This document shows, piece by piece, positions 1 to 10,441 of a stretch of DNA of 64,000 nucleotides; the stretch's first letter is position 1, and every line of letters begins with the position of its first letter. The notes under the pieces were generated by a model. The model worked only from the letters and a program-made list of their open reading frames with translations. It ran no database searches and was not told where the DNA came from. The DNA lies in assembly GCA_036338595.1 (NCBI GenBank), contig JAYZBV010000073.1:14635-78634 (forward strand), written 5' to 3'. A program made the position numbers and the translations under genes. Source of the DNA: Planctomycetota bacterium (lineage in GTDB: Bacteria; Planctomycetota; UBA8108; UBA1146).

Positions 1-1170
1 TTTCCTCGCACTCGAGAAGAGTTGTTTCAATACGATGTCTTGATACTTGGAGATATCCGTCCTGACGCTCTGTCGGTGAATCAGAAGGAGTGGATAGTAG
101 AGTTTGTGGATGATCATGGTGGTGGCCTGGTGTTCATCGCCGGCCAGTGGTTCATGCCAAGGAGGTTCAGAGGCGATCCACTCGAGCGAGTTCTGCCGGT
201 GGAACTCGAAGAAGCAGATGATCGTGGATCGATGTCGAGGGACCTGGTGGAACCATTTCATGTCCAACTGACTCCCGAAGGGCTGGAGCATCCCGTGATG
301 CAACTGGTATCGGACGGTGAAAAAAACAAAGAACTCTGGCAGTGGCAGGGCCGCAGCGATCAAACGATGCCGGGTTTCTTCTGGTACCAGCGAGTCAAGA
401 AACTCCGAAAGGGTGCCGTGGCGCTTGCGGTTCATGAGTCTGATGAGCACTTCACCTATGGACCGAGACCGATCTTCGCGTTCCAGTACTTCGGTCGAGG
501 TCGTACCTTCATCTCCCTGACCGATGACACATGGAGGCTGAGGAGGTTGGTCGGGAACCGCTGGTTCTATCGCTTCTGGGGTCAGGTCACTCGATTCGTC
601 GGAGCTGCCCGGTTGCTGGGTCCCTCGAAGCGGTTTTCGGTGAGTGTAGATCCGAGGGAAGTGGTACTCGGAAATGAGGTCAAGATACTGGCCAGGATGC
701 TGGGACCCGATTTCAAGCCGACCTCGGAAGAGGAAGCCCTGCTGAGGATGGAGCGAGTCGAGGATTCAGATGGCCGGGCGCTGGAAATTCAGGCGGTCCG
801 AAACCCTGCACGGCCGGAGTACTACGAGGCCTCCATCGAGGCGCGAGCTCTGGGTGAGCACAGAATCTCCCTCATCGATCGCGAGGAGGAGGTCGCCAGT
901 ACCGTGTACAGGGTCGTTGTACCCCAACTGGAGTATGCGGATCCGAGGATGGACAGAACGCGCCTCCAGCAGATTGCAACCCTCTCCGGTGGCAAATATC
1001 ATGAGGTGACGGACGCCGCAAATGTTGCCGAGGAGGTGGAAGCGCTGGAGAGAGAAGTGCCGATTTCCGCCGAGCGAGAGCCTCTCTGGGATCATCGCTG
1101 GGTTCTGGCCCTCTTTACGCTGCTGCTGACTGTAGAATGGATACTGCGAAAGGTAGTCCGGCTCCCTTGA
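1..1170 (+). CDS. C-terminal part of a large membrane protein with a class-I glutamine-amidotransferase-like domain, typical of MoxR/vWA-type clusters; 5'-truncated by the window edge
   Basis: Frame is open from base 1 (FPRTREELFQYDVLILGD...GGGLVFIAG...FGRGR...DDTWR). It ends in the typical 'PLWD...LLTVEWILRK' transmembrane tail. The stop overlaps the next TTG start. Confidence 0.7.
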   Translation, partial: FPRTREELFQYDVLILGDIRPDALSVNQKEWIVEFVDDHGGGLVFIAGQWFMPRRFRGDPLERVLPVELEEADDRGSMSRDLVEPFHVQLTPEGLEHPVMQLVSDGEKNKELWQWQGRSDQTMPGFFWYQRVKKLRKGAVALAVHESDEHFTYGPRPIFAFQYFGRGRTFISLTDDTWRLRRLVGNRWFYRFWGQVTRFVGAARLLGPSKRFSVSVDPREVVLGNEVKILARMLGPDFKPTSEEEALLRMERVEDSDGRALEIQAVRNPARPEYYEASIEARALGEHRISLIDREEEVASTVYRVVVPQLEYADPRMDRTRLQQIATLSGGKYHEVTDAANVAEEVEALEREVPISAEREPLWDHRWVLALFTLLLTVEWILRKVVRLP

Positions 1171-3269
1171 AGAAATTCCTCACCTCCACTGACTCCAGCC
1201 ATTTGAAACAGCGATCAGCGTTTCGTCCTCTACTGCTGACCTCGTTGCTGCTGTTTTCTGTCAATGGCACTCTCCGAGCGGATATCGGCTCAGCCTTGAT
1301 CCCCTTGCTGGTCGGGGCCGACGGGGTCATCCAGGAGTATCGGAATGCGGTGTCTCACATCGATTCAGGGGAAGTCCTCAAGGGAATCCGCAAGATCCAG
1401 GTTCTTCATGAAACCGTGTGGGGGAACAACCCCCAGATGGAGGCCGATTCCTCCGATAACTGGCGAGTCGTCAGGCCACTTTCAACTCGAATCATCGAAA
1501 GATTGCGAGCACTGCCTCCTGAGCACCAGCAGATGTATCGCAAGGAGTTCGACATTCAAGCTCGCTCCGTGCTCGATAGAGCACTGTCCGACATGGACCC
1601 GGAAGCGCTCCTGAGAGCGGCAGATATCTACCCTTTGACCGATGCGCGGATCGAAGCGCTGGTCGCAGCAGGCGACCTTTTCCTCGAGCGAGACCAGCCT
1701 CAACTGGCGGTCGGTGCCTGGGATCTAGTACTGCTTGAACTGGCAATTGGCGACCAGAATGCCGCTCGCAGTGATGAGTTATCCATCTCCTTGAAGCCTC
1801 GTCTGTGGCTGGCACTGATGCGGGCAGGGAAATCGCAGCGAGCAGAAAAACTGAGAAGCGAGGCGGGTGACCAGGGGCAACCCTTCGAAGAGAGTTCCAT
1901 CACTTCAATGCCTTCCGATCAGGCGCATGTTCCGGAAAATCCCATCGAAGAGGGTGTGATCGCCTGGAAGACGCACAACTACTCGCAGCATGTTGCCTAC
2001 GGTACCGGGCGAGGAAGAAGTTACTATCCCGACCTGACGGGTTCGATCCTGACACCCGGGATCGGCCAGGACTGGGTAGCCATCGCAACTTCGAGGCGCC
2101 TCCTTCGTTATGACCTTCGTACCGGAAAACTGGTAGCCAACGATAACCTCCATTCTGGAGCGCCGTACTTCGAGGAGCAGGATCCGGATTCTCGCCTGTG
2201 GGCGGCGACCGACGGTTCATTACTGATCTCCAGTTACGTCGCCTGGGCCAGTCGCCGTGAAGATTACCTGGGATTCGACATCCAGGTCTCTCTCCCGTCG
2301 CGTGCCATGAAGTGCTGGGATGTGAACGGTGATGGAAGGCTGCTCTGGGACACATCGGATCGGTCAAACGGCGATGCGATGCTCAGAAAAAGTTCGTTCA
2401 ACTCGACCCCGGTGATCAAGGACGGCAAGGTCTGGGCACTCGGTTGGAGGAAGAGCGGCTACATCGATGTGACTCTCTGGTGCCTGGATGCGAGAACAGG
2501 AAAGAAGATCTGGTCTCGACCGATTGTCGGTAACCAGGTGGAACTGACGATGTTCGGTGAACCGGCACGAGAGCCGATTCTGGGGTCGGTACTCCTCGCA
2601 GACGGCATGGTTTATTGCTGTTCCAACCTCGGTGTGATTGCCGCGATGCGCGCATGGGATGGGCAGGTGCAGTGGATAGCCGAATACGATCGTCAATCCA
2701 AGCGAAGTTACCGAAGTCGTTACCGTCAGCCTCGAAGGGGCAGAGTCTGGGCGCCGAATCCACTTGTATTGCATGACGGAAAGTTGTTCGTGACGCCTCT
2801 CGATTCGAGTCAACTCCATGCCATCAATGCCGAAACCGGTTCCATCATCTCGCAAGTCGAGGGTAAGGGACTGGGTCCTCATATGCTCGGTGTGACCGAT
2901 GGAAGGCTGGTTCTGTTTGGTGATCTTCTCACCTCGATGATGGTGAGCGATATCGGGAGATCCGAACAGTGGAATCAGGCTCTCACTCGATCCCCAGCCA
3001 CCGCCAGGCCAGCCCTGGTAGAAGGTGGAGTGATCTACATCAGCGTCAATGAATCTGCGTTGTATCAGCAAGCACTGGACCACACTCATGCGACAAGAGT
3101 GATCGCATCCCTCTCCGACGGCCCGAAGCAGCGCCCCGGCATCGGCGTCTTCCGCGCGGAAAGTTCCATCGGTGGGCGAGTGGATGTTGTCGGTGATCGC
3201 ATCATCCTCACCAATCTCATCCAGGCCACGTGCCTGACCCAGCGACTGGCGATCTGGGAGGATAAGTGA
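1167..3269 (+). CDS. Exported PQQ-type beta-propeller repeat protein with an N-terminal helical/TPR-like region
   Basis: Signal-like hydrophobic stretch; repeated Trp-docking motifs (LWCLDARTGKKIWS, MRAWDGQVQW, LHAINAETG). The TTG start at 1167 is chosen for its TTGA overlap; the track gives 1137. Confidence 0.7.
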   Translation: MKKFLTSTDSSHLKQRSAFRPLLLTSLLLFSVNGTLRADIGSALIPLLVGADGVIQEYRNAVSHIDSGEVLKGIRKIQVLHETVWGNNPQMEADSSDNWRVVRPLSTRIIERLRALPPEHQQMYRKEFDIQARSVLDRALSDMDPEALLRAADIYPLTDARIEALVAAGDLFLERDQPQLAVGAWDLVLLELAIGDQNAARSDELSISLKPRLWLALMRAGKSQRAEKLRSEAGDQGQPFEESSITSMPSDQAHVPENPIEEGVIAWKTHNYSQHVAYGTGRGRSYYPDLTGSILTPGIGQDWVAIATSRRLLRYDLRTGKLVANDNLHSGAPYFEEQDPDSRLWAATDGSLLISSYVAWASRREDYLGFDIQVSLPSRAMKCWDVNGDGRLLWDTSDRSNGDAMLRKSSFNSTPVIKDGKVWALGWRKSGYIDVTLWCLDARTGKKIWSRPIVGNQVELTMFGEPAREPILGSVLLADGMVYCCSNLGVIAAMRAWDGQVQWIAEYDRQSKRSYRSRYRQPRRGRVWAPNPLVLHDGKLFVTPLDSSQLHAINAETGSIISQVEGKGLGPHMLGVTDGRLVLFGDLLTSMMVSDIGRSEQWNQALTRSPATARPALVEGGVIYISVNESALYQQALDHTHATRVIASLSDGPKQRPGIGVFRAESSIGGRVDVVGDRIILTNLIQATCLTQRLAIWEDK

Positions 3270-4366
3270 TGAACACCGGAACCAGGTGGCTAATACTGGT
3301 GATGTCCGTGTTGCTCGTTTTTCCGGCACCAAGTGCTCTGACCTTTGCCGTAGACGATGATGAGCCGACTCGAATCATCGATTTGAAGTTGCAAGAGCGA
3401 GCACGCCTTGCCGCAGAGAGGGGTCTTGAATTTCTCAAACAGACCCAGAATGCGGATGGGTCCTGGACCGACAAGATCGGTCGGAAGGTCCATTACGAGT
3501 ACCGTGGAAGACTTGGCAAGCACGTCGGGGTGACCTCGCTCGCCTGCCTTGCGTTTCTCGCCCAGGGGAGTCTCCCGGGTCGAGGAAAGTACGGCGAACA
3601 GGTTGAGAAGGGCCTCGACTTCATCCTGAGGACGGTTCAGACCAACGGATTCATCTCCACCGATGAGTCAAGGATGTACAGCCACGCCTTCGCCACTCTA
3701 TTCCTTGCCGAGGTCTACGGCATGACCGGAATGGAGAAGGTCAAGGAGAAGCTAAAGAGCGCTGCAGGGCTGATCATCCAGGCGCAGAATGACACGGGTG
3801 GTTGGCGCTACCAGCCGGGAGCGGATGATGCGGACATGAGTATCACCGTCTGTCAGGTGATGGCATTGAGAGCTGCCAGAAACGCTGGTATCCACGTGCC
3901 GAAGGAGGTGGTAGATGCCGCCATCAAGTACGTGCGAGATTCCTCGAACATAGAAAGTGGCGGGTTCATGTACCAGCATGAGGTCGGACCCACTGGACGG
4001 GTGCAAAGATCGAGGACCACTTTTCCTCTCACCGCTGCGGGGATCACTGCGCTCTACGGTGCTGGGGTTTATGAGGACCGCATCATCGATCGTGGGTTGA
4101 TCTATCTGCGCCACCATCGGCCGAGAAGATACGAAGCTCTCAATACCTTCGACTACTACTACGGGATGTACTACGCAACCCAGGCCGCTTTCCAGCGTGG
4201 CGGCGAGTTCTGGACTTCATGGCACAGGGACACATGGCGCGACATCCTATCTCTGCAGAATCCGGATGGGTCGTGGCAAGATCTTGTGGGACCCAATTAT
4301 GCGACTGCGATGGCGTGTATCATCCTTGAGATTCCGTTCCAGTACCTGCCGATATTCGAGAGGTGA
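3266..4366 (+). CDS. Prenyltransferase/squalene-oxidase-repeat (alpha/alpha barrel, QW-motif) exported protein
   Basis: Signal peptide; QW-like repeats QNADGSW, QNDTGGW, QNPDGSW; MYSHAFATL; ends LPIFER. No DXDD cyclase motif. Confidence 0.8.
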   Translation: MMNTGTRWLILVMSVLLVFPAPSALTFAVDDDEPTRIIDLKLQERARLAAERGLEFLKQTQNADGSWTDKIGRKVHYEYRGRLGKHVGVTSLACLAFLAQGSLPGRGKYGEQVEKGLDFILRTVQTNGFISTDESRMYSHAFATLFLAEVYGMTGMEKVKEKLKSAAGLIIQAQNDTGGWRYQPGADDADMSITVCQVMALRAARNAGIHVPKEVVDAAIKYVRDSSNIESGGFMYQHEVGPTGRVQRSRTTFPLTAAGITALYGAGVYEDRIIDRGLIYLRHHRPRRYEALNTFDYYYGMYYATQAAFQRGGEFWTSWHRDTWRDILSLQNPDGSWQDLVGPNYATAMACIILEIPFQYLPIFER

Positions 4367-6549
4367 TCGTGATCGATCCGATGGAAACAGCCTCGATCGA
4401 GAGACCTCGCCTGGCACTCCAGAAGATCCGGGAGTTGCGAGGGCGTAGACGGTTGATGCGATCCATCACCGGAGGATTCCGCTGGTTGGTGGTGGTGATT
4501 GCATGCGTCTGGCTGATGTTCTTGCTCGATTGGTTTGCAGATCTTCCGATGGCACTCAGGGTCGGGCAGATCGCAGCGACCGTCACGCTGCTACTGATTA
4601 CCTTTCGTGCCATCTTGTTGGCAGCGAGGACTCCTGCGACAGAGGATCAACTCGCCTCCATGGTAGAAAAAGCATCCAGTGAACTCGAAGACGCTCTGAT
4701 CACAGCAGTTCAATTGACAGACCCTGAGAATCCTCGGCGCCATCTCTACAATCCGGAACTCATCGAAGAGACCGTCAAGATCGCAGAGAGCCGAATGGCC
4801 AACATGCGGCCAGGACGATTGCTATCCTGGAGCCGTGCCTTGTCGACGATCGGCCTGCTGTCTCTGCTGCTCTTTCCTGCCATCATCGGTGGTTGGCTGC
4901 GGCCTGATCTTCTTCACACCTTCGTCGAGCGCGATCTATTGCTCGGAAATGACCCCTGGCCCCGTGCCTATGATCTGGTGGTGACGAGCCCGAAAGATAC
5001 AGATCTAGTGGTGGCAAAGGGGACATCATTGGTGATCGATGTACTCAAGACTCGTGGAGGAAATGCCCGTGCATTCCTGGATGTGGTCTTCCCTGCAGTC
5101 GAGGGGCGAAGGGAAATGAAAGAGGAACTCGCACTCGACCGCAAGGGAACAGCTGGGTTTCGCCATGTCTTTCAAAATCTTCAGAGAGACATCCAGTTCC
5201 GGGTGGAATGCGGAGATTTCAGTGGCCAGTGGTATTCCATCCAGGTTCGGGCCAGGCCTCGAATCGAGGAGATGGCACTTCAGTACGAATTTCCAGAATA
5301 CACGGGACTCTCTTCAGAAGGCGAAGACTCGCGATCCGGGAGTGGGCACGTCAAGGCCCCGACCGGCACGCGTGTCAACTTTGTCGCACGCACCAGCATA
5401 GATGTGAAGAGTGCGGTTCGAATGGAAGCCCGACCCAGTGGTGATGGTGAAATCGTGACCGAGTCGACGATAACGGTCGAGGATGGAAACACACTCCGGG
5501 GAGATTTCATTGCAGAAGCGGATGCACGCTGGTGGATTTCCCTCGACTCTGAACAGGGATTCACTAACGACAATCCGATCATCTGGCGTATCGCGGTCAT
5601 CCCCGACAGGGCACCGGAGGTGTCCATCGATGAACCGGGTCAGAACATCGAGATCACCCCCCGGGCGCTGTTGGATCTTTCGGTGCTCGTTCGAGATGAT
5701 TACGGAGTCCAGTCCGGAAATCTGATCTTCGAACCGGAACTGGAGGGAGAATGGGAACCGAGGGTGATCCCGCTCGATGAGATAGGAACTGCCGAGGGCC
5801 TGCACGCAGATGGATCCCAGACGCTTCAGATCGACCTGGCAACATGGCAACTGAGCGCGGGTCAGCGTGTTCAGTATCGAGCCACTGCCACGGATGCACT
5901 CGAACAACTGGGTACCAGCAGGACCTGGATACTGAGCGTTCTCAGCGAGGAAGAGCTGGAACGAGTGACCCAGGACGAACTGACGCTGCTCAAGGAGAGG
6001 CTGGAGGAGACCTTCAGTGTCCAGAGAGAGGTTCGGAGGGAACTCGAAGACGTGCGCGAAGCGTTGAATTCAGGCGAAGCGGCGATCGATCAGGCTCCGC
6101 TGGCCCGCCATGCTCGTGGTGGACAGGATCGGGTTTCAACCCGGGTGGAGGATGCTGCAGAGAGGCTTGCCACCATCGCAGAGAGATTGCTTCGAAACAG
6201 GATGAGTGACGCATCCGAGCTTGCGTGGATTCAAGAGTTGAAGGATCGCATCGATGCACTGGGATCCGAAACGATCACACCTGCAAGGGAGCAACTGGAG
6301 AAGTTGGCTGCTCGCTCGGCAGCAGGAGAAGCGACCGTTGAGGAAACGGATGAGGCGCTCGATGCAGTTCGTCGCGTCGAACGTGGACTCGCGGATGTGG
6401 TTGCTGATCTTCAGGAGTGGGGCGACCTGCGCACGGTGATTCGTAAACTTGAGGAATTGCTTCGGTCGGAGAAGGACCTTGAACATCGGATCGAAGAGAA
6501 GGTCAGAGAGTCTCTCGGAGGAGACAGCACGGAAGGAGAAAATCGATGA
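4363..6549 (+). CDS. Membrane-anchored protein with Ig-like beta domains and a C-terminal coiled coil (DUF4175-like)
   Basis: Three N-terminal TM segments; 'PDRAPEVSIDEPG' and 'VRDDYGV' motifs; helical acidic C-terminus; GTGA/ATGA overlaps with both neighbours. Confidence 0.65.
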   Translation: MIVIDPMETASIERPRLALQKIRELRGRRRLMRSITGGFRWLVVVIACVWLMFLLDWFADLPMALRVGQIAATVTLLLITFRAILLAARTPATEDQLASMVEKASSELEDALITAVQLTDPENPRRHLYNPELIEETVKIAESRMANMRPGRLLSWSRALSTIGLLSLLLFPAIIGGWLRPDLLHTFVERDLLLGNDPWPRAYDLVVTSPKDTDLVVAKGTSLVIDVLKTRGGNARAFLDVVFPAVEGRREMKEELALDRKGTAGFRHVFQNLQRDIQFRVECGDFSGQWYSIQVRARPRIEEMALQYEFPEYTGLSSEGEDSRSGSGHVKAPTGTRVNFVARTSIDVKSAVRMEARPSGDGEIVTESTITVEDGNTLRGDFIAEADARWWISLDSEQGFTNDNPIIWRIAVIPDRAPEVSIDEPGQNIEITPRALLDLSVLVRDDYGVQSGNLIFEPELEGEWEPRVIPLDEIGTAEGLHADGSQTLQIDLATWQLSAGQRVQYRATATDALEQLGTSRTWILSVLSEEELERVTQDELTLLKERLEETFSVQREVRRELEDVREALNSGEAAIDQAPLARHARGGQDRVSTRVEDAAERLATIAERLLRNRMSDASELAWIQELKDRIDALGSETITPAREQLEKLAARSAAGEATVEETDEALDAVRRVERGLADVVADLQEWGDLRTVIRKLEELLRSEKDLEHRIEEKVRESLGGDSTEGENR

Positions 6550-9500
6550 TGATGACCAAGCAGAGGGGGCCGCTACTCCTGTTGTTGATCCTCCTCCTGG
6601 CAGTTGTCCCATCGCTGTTATCCGCACAGACGGGTAATCGCCTCGCTCGGTTGCAGGAAGAGGCCAGAGAATACCTCAGGTCGTTGCAAGTCCAGATGGA
6701 GTCACTCGCGGAGCGGATCGAGAGCGAACAACCAGAGGATTCAACTCGTCTCAGAAATGCAAGGGAACGGATTGTCAGGGACCTGCTTGAAGATGATATG
6801 CGTTCAATTGCCGTAGCGCTCGAGACTGAGGACTACATCGTTGCCCTCGACACGGTACGCAAGGTTCGGTCAAACCTGGAACTGGTGCTGGCGATCCTGG
6901 AGGATCGCAATATCGATCCGGAACAGGTTGAGAGTCGACTGGAGCAGGTTGCCCAGAGATTGAAGCAAATCGGTGAGATTGCGGATGCGCAGCGATCCCT
7001 TCGAGATCGCACTGCTACTGCAGAATCGGCGCAACAGGATGTGCAAGATCTCAGGGATGTGAGTCAAGCGATCGATGAGATCGCCGCACAACAGCAAGAA
7101 CTTCTCGGAAGCGAAAACTCGTCGGAAGACGAAGCAGAGATGGGGCAGGCGCAGGAGATCTCCAATGAGGCTCGTCGGGTTGCCGATGACCTGTCCCGGG
7201 AAGCGCGCCGTCAGCAAGGAATCGAAGCGCTGGCTCGCAGGGTCGATCAGATCCGCAATGAAGTGCGACAAGATGCACGCGAAAGCGAAAATCTGGGATC
7301 GGAGCAGAACTCGGAGACGAGCGCCGCGATGCAGCGTTTGGCGCGCCGTGCCAGCGAGCAGAGTGCGAAGATCCGCCAAGCCCAGCAGAGTGTAGATGCG
7401 TTGCGCCGCGAAGCGGCTGCAGATGCGGAAGACGGGGACGAAAATGCCTCTGCGTCGCTGGAAGCTCTCGACAGGGCCGGCGAGGCACTGGAGCGATCGG
7501 AGAGCGCAGCCAACGGCATCGCAAGCCCTGATGATGCTCGTCCAGGGGACGCCTCGACTCTTCGCGATGAGCAAGGCGAGGCGCTCGACGAGGCGAGCAA
7601 GGCGCTGCGCGAGGCTGCCGATTCGAACGGAGAGCGAGCGGGGGCGATACAGCAGCGGCTAGAACAGTTGCGCGAACGACTCGACCGATGGAGACAGCGG
7701 CAGCAAGAAGGCGGTGGGTCAGGTCTTGACAACAAGGCACAATCTGCCGCAGAGGATCTGGAAGCAGCATCCGGGGCACTGGATCGGGCCCAGCAATCGG
7801 GCCAGCAGTCGGGCCAGCAGTCGGGCCAGCAGTCTGGTCAGCAGTCCGGTCAGCAATCAGGCCAGCAGTCCGGTCAGCAGTCCGGTCAGCAATCCGGTCA
7901 GCAGTCAGGCGAGCAATCGGGCGAGCAATCGGGCGAGCAATCTGGCGAGCAATCTGGCGAGCAATCTGGCGAGCAGTCTGGCGAGCAGTCTGGCGAGCAG
8001 TCGGGCGAGCAGTCGGGTGAGCAGTCCGGCCAGCAATCGGGCGAGCAGTCGGGTGAGCAGTCGGGTGAGCAATCGGGTGAGCAGTCCGGCCAGCAATCGG
8101 GTGAGCAGTCGGGTGAGCAGTCCGGCCAGCAGTCGGGCGAGCAGTCGAGTCAACAGGAACGCATCGAGCAGATGCAGGATGCTGCCGAGAAGGCGCAAGA
8201 CGCGGCAGAGAAACTATCATCTCTTGCAGAAGACTCGGCGCAGGACCGTCCTTCTTCGCAGCAGCAATCGCTTGCGGAACAGACCAGCGAACTGGAAGAC
8301 AAGCTCGACCGCCTCGAGAAAAAGCTAGCTGCAGATCAGAGCCTCTCCCCCGAGGAAGATGAAAAGTTGCGCAAGAAGGTTGGCGAGGCTCGCCAGGCAC
8401 TCAGGAGTGCTCGTTCAGCGATGCAGGGGGCTGCCGAGCGGATGAGTGGCGGTGAGTCTGCAGAATCGGCGCAGCAGGCTGCGCAGGATGCCCTGGAGAG
8501 AGCGAAGGATGCTCTCGAAGGTTCAGATCAGGATGCACTCGAGCGATTGCGAAGACAGCAGCAAGAGACACCCGAACTGGCCCCTGAGCAGGACGAACTG
8601 GAACGGCTCACTCGCAAGCGAGCCGAGGAATCGGAAGAATCGGACCCCGAGGCTTCCGAGGGGCTCGAGGGCGCAGCCCAGGCGATGGATGAGGCTTCTG
8701 ATAGTCTCGAAGGCGGAGATTCCTCACAAGCGCGAGAGAAACAGGACGAGGCGCTCGAGCAATTGCAGCAGGAAATGGACGCGCTGCAACAAGAGGAGCG
8801 AGAACTGGTCGATCTGAAGGTGGAACAGGAACTGATCGACCTGATCGGAACCATCACCGACATGGCAGAGGAAGTCGATTCGATTCTATCGGAGACAAGG
8901 ACCATCGCTGAAGCGCTGGGGGATGCTCGTCCAGGCAGGGCTCAGCGAGCGCGAATGAAGCGGCTTTCAGCTCGTGTCGCAGATGTGGAAGATTCAGGAA
9001 ATGAAGTGCTCGCAGCTCTTGAACGGGAGGGCGTGAGGGTATTCTCCTACATCGTGAGGGATCTTCTCTCTGATCTTGCCGAGGCGAGGGAAGGATTGAG
9101 CCCTCGAAGCGATGCAGGTTCCGATACCCAGCTTCTACTCGCCGAGGCACTCGACGCTCTGCGCAAGTTGAGGGATTCGCTCGAAGAGGAACTTCGTCGG
9201 CGTAATCAACAGCAGCAACAGCCCCAGCAACAGCAGCCGCCCCAGCAGCAGCCTCAACAGCAACAACTGGTACCGCCAGCGGCAGAGTTGTTGGCGCTCA
9301 AGCGAATGCAGGAGGAAGTCCTGCGCAGGACACGAAGGCTCGATGGAATGCGGGGTGAGGAAGGCGAGTTCGATGCTCTCGAGGAGCGAGTTCTGGAGAG
9401 GCTGGTGCAGAGACAGGGCAGCATCATAGAACTCACCGAGCAGATCGCCGAGGATCTGCGCAAGCAGATGCAGCCTCCGATGGTCCAGGAAGAGGCCCCT

Positions 9501-9554
9501 GAGACCGATTCTGAGACAAAAGGGGAGCCTGGCGGATCGAAGGGGGACGACTGA
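6546..9554 (+). CDS. Exported very long coiled-coil protein with a central (Q/E)QSG tandem repeat
   Basis: 1002-aa ORF with a signal peptide ([17 protein letters not shown]), E/Q/A/R-rich heptads, and poly-Q/P before '[15 protein letters not shown]'. Confidence 0.8.
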   Translation: MMMTKQRGPLLLLLILLLAVVPSLLSAQTGNRLARLQEEAREYLRSLQVQMESLAERIESEQPEDSTRLRNARERIVRDLLEDDMRSIAVALETEDYIVALDTVRKVRSNLELVLAILEDRNIDPEQVESRLEQVAQRLKQIGEIADAQRSLRDRTATAESAQQDVQDLRDVSQAIDEIAAQQQELLGSENSSEDEAEMGQAQEISNEARRVADDLSREARRQQGIEALARRVDQIRNEVRQDARESENLGSEQNSETSAAMQRLARRASEQSAKIRQAQQSVDALRREAAADAEDGDENASASLEALDRAGEALERSESAANGIASPDDARPGDASTLRDEQGEALDEASKALREAADSNGERAGAIQQRLEQLRERLDRWRQRQQEGGGSGLDNKAQSAAEDLEAASGALDRAQQSGQQSGQQSGQQSGQQSGQQSGQQSGQQSGQQSGQQSGEQSGEQSGEQSGEQSGEQSGEQSGEQSGEQSGEQSGEQSGQQSGEQSGEQSGEQSGEQSGQQSGEQSGEQSGQQSGEQSSQQERIEQMQDAAEKAQDAAEKLSSLAEDSAQDRPSSQQQSLAEQTSELEDKLDRLEKKLAADQSLSPEEDEKLRKKVGEARQALRSARSAMQGAAERMSGGESAESAQQAAQDALERAKDALEGSDQDALERLRRQQQETPELAPEQDELERLTRKRAEESEESDPEASEGLEGAAQAMDEASDSLEGGDSSQAREKQDEALEQLQQEMDALQQEERELVDLKVEQELIDLIGTITDMAEEVDSILSETRTIAEALGDARPGRAQRARMKRLSARVADVEDSGNEVLAALEREGVRVFSYIVRDLLSDLAEAREGLSPRSDAGSDTQLLLAEALDALRKLRDSLEEELRRRNQQQQQPQQQQPPQQQPQQQQLVPPAAELLALKRMQEEVLRRTRRLDGMRGEEGEFDALEERVLERLVQRQGSIIELTEQIAEDLRKQMQPPMVQEEAPETDSETKGEPGGSKGDD
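7791..8150 (+). repeat. Coding tandem repeat: 30 x 12 bp units encoding QQSG/EQSG
   Basis: Units are (C/G)AG CA(A/G) TCN GG(C/T), arranged 10 QQSG, 10 EQSG, then mixed, ending EQSS. Synonymous variation between units. Confidence 0.95.
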
Positions 9555-9583
9555 TGGCCGATACATCCATCGGAGATTCGGGG

Positions 9584-9589
9584 TATAAT
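9584..9589 (+). promoter_or_regulatory. Possible sigma70 -10 element upstream of the candidate selenoprotein gene
   Basis: Perfect TATAAT in the ~120-bp gap before the ATG at 9677. No convincing -35. Confidence 0.3.
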
Positions 9590-9676
9590 GAGGAAGAGCC
9601 GCAAGTGTGCTTCCCTGGACGCATCCTGTTCGATGATCGGGAGCGGGGAATGGTTTGCGGTGGAAGGATTGGATCG

Positions 9677-10441
9677 ATGAAGAAGTTCACCATGCATGTT
9701 TCCGTCTTCGGATGCGCCTTCCTGTTGCTGTTGCTGACCGTTCCAGTGATGGCCCAGGAGGATGGAAAACCCGAGACTGACTCCACCGGGCCTGCCGTTG
9801 AAGTGCCGGAGTCCGACCCCGCCGATACACCAGACGATGAGTTTCCTGTCGATATCGACCCGCTCGACATCCTCGATTCAGCAGATCCGCTCGGCAAAGT
9901 CGGCTCTCTCGTGGATGAGATCTCCCGAAACATGAAGGAGATCGAGAGCCTCCTCGAGGAAGACGACACCAGTGAGGGGAACCAGTCGGTTCAGCAGCAA
10001 ACTCTCAGCAGAATTGATGAACTGATTACAGAGGTGCAGCGTCTCACCGGGACGTGACAGAACGGCGGCTCCCCGTCGGGGAGCCCCTCAAGGAATGCTG
10101 GGTCTTCAAAATCTGAATCCGTTCAGAAGCAGTCAGGTCGTCAAAAGAACGTCGCCTCACAAAAAGACGGGGGCGAGCAGAAGCAGTCCTCGAAGGAGCA
10201 AAGTGCAGGAGAGCCAAAGGACGGTAGCGAGCAGGTTCGTAATGACCGCACCACAGATGGCGAACTTCCACCTTCCGAGGTGGGAGAGTTGCGTGATCAG
10301 AGGGGTGCTGGCCGTTGGGGTAGGTTGCCGAAAACTGTGATCCAACGGATGTATGACAACGGCAGAAGGCAGTTGCCCGAGAAATACCGTATCTTGCTTG
10401 AGGATTACTTCAGAAAACTGCCGGAGCGTTCCCCGCGTTGA
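9677..10441 (+). CDS. Exported protein with an in-frame TGA (10055-10057); candidate selenoprotein of 254 aa with Sec127
   Basis: Signal peptide MKKFTMHVSVFGCAFLLLLLTVPVMA. After the TGA the frame stays open 127 codons, to ...GRWGRLPKTVIQRMYDNGRRQLPEKYRILLEDYFRKLPERSPR-TGA. That stop overlaps the next TTG start (TTGA), like other genes of the operon. Confidence 0.7.
10067..10085 (+). promoter_or_regulatory. Putative bacterial SECIS hairpin
   Basis: GGCTCCCC-GTC-GGGGAGCC, a perfect 8-bp stem. The loop begins GU, with its G 18 nt after the TGA. No U-tract follows. Confidence 0.6.

Noticed and set aside
7791..8150. Repeat array as a CRISPR
   Set aside because: Contiguous 12-bp units with no spacers, in frame within a CDS, and no cas genes.
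7051..8400. Long alternative-frame ORFs with ARLL/TARP/SSRA repeats
   Set aside because: By-products of the stop-free 12-bp repeat in the real gene.
10067..10085. Hairpin as an intrinsic terminator
   Set aside because: No U-tract on either side, and the reading frame continues through it.
10095..10340. 81-aa ORF proposed to fill the gap after the TGA
   Set aside because: No recognisable features; the readthrough frame gives a protein-like C-terminus and the overlap with the next gene.
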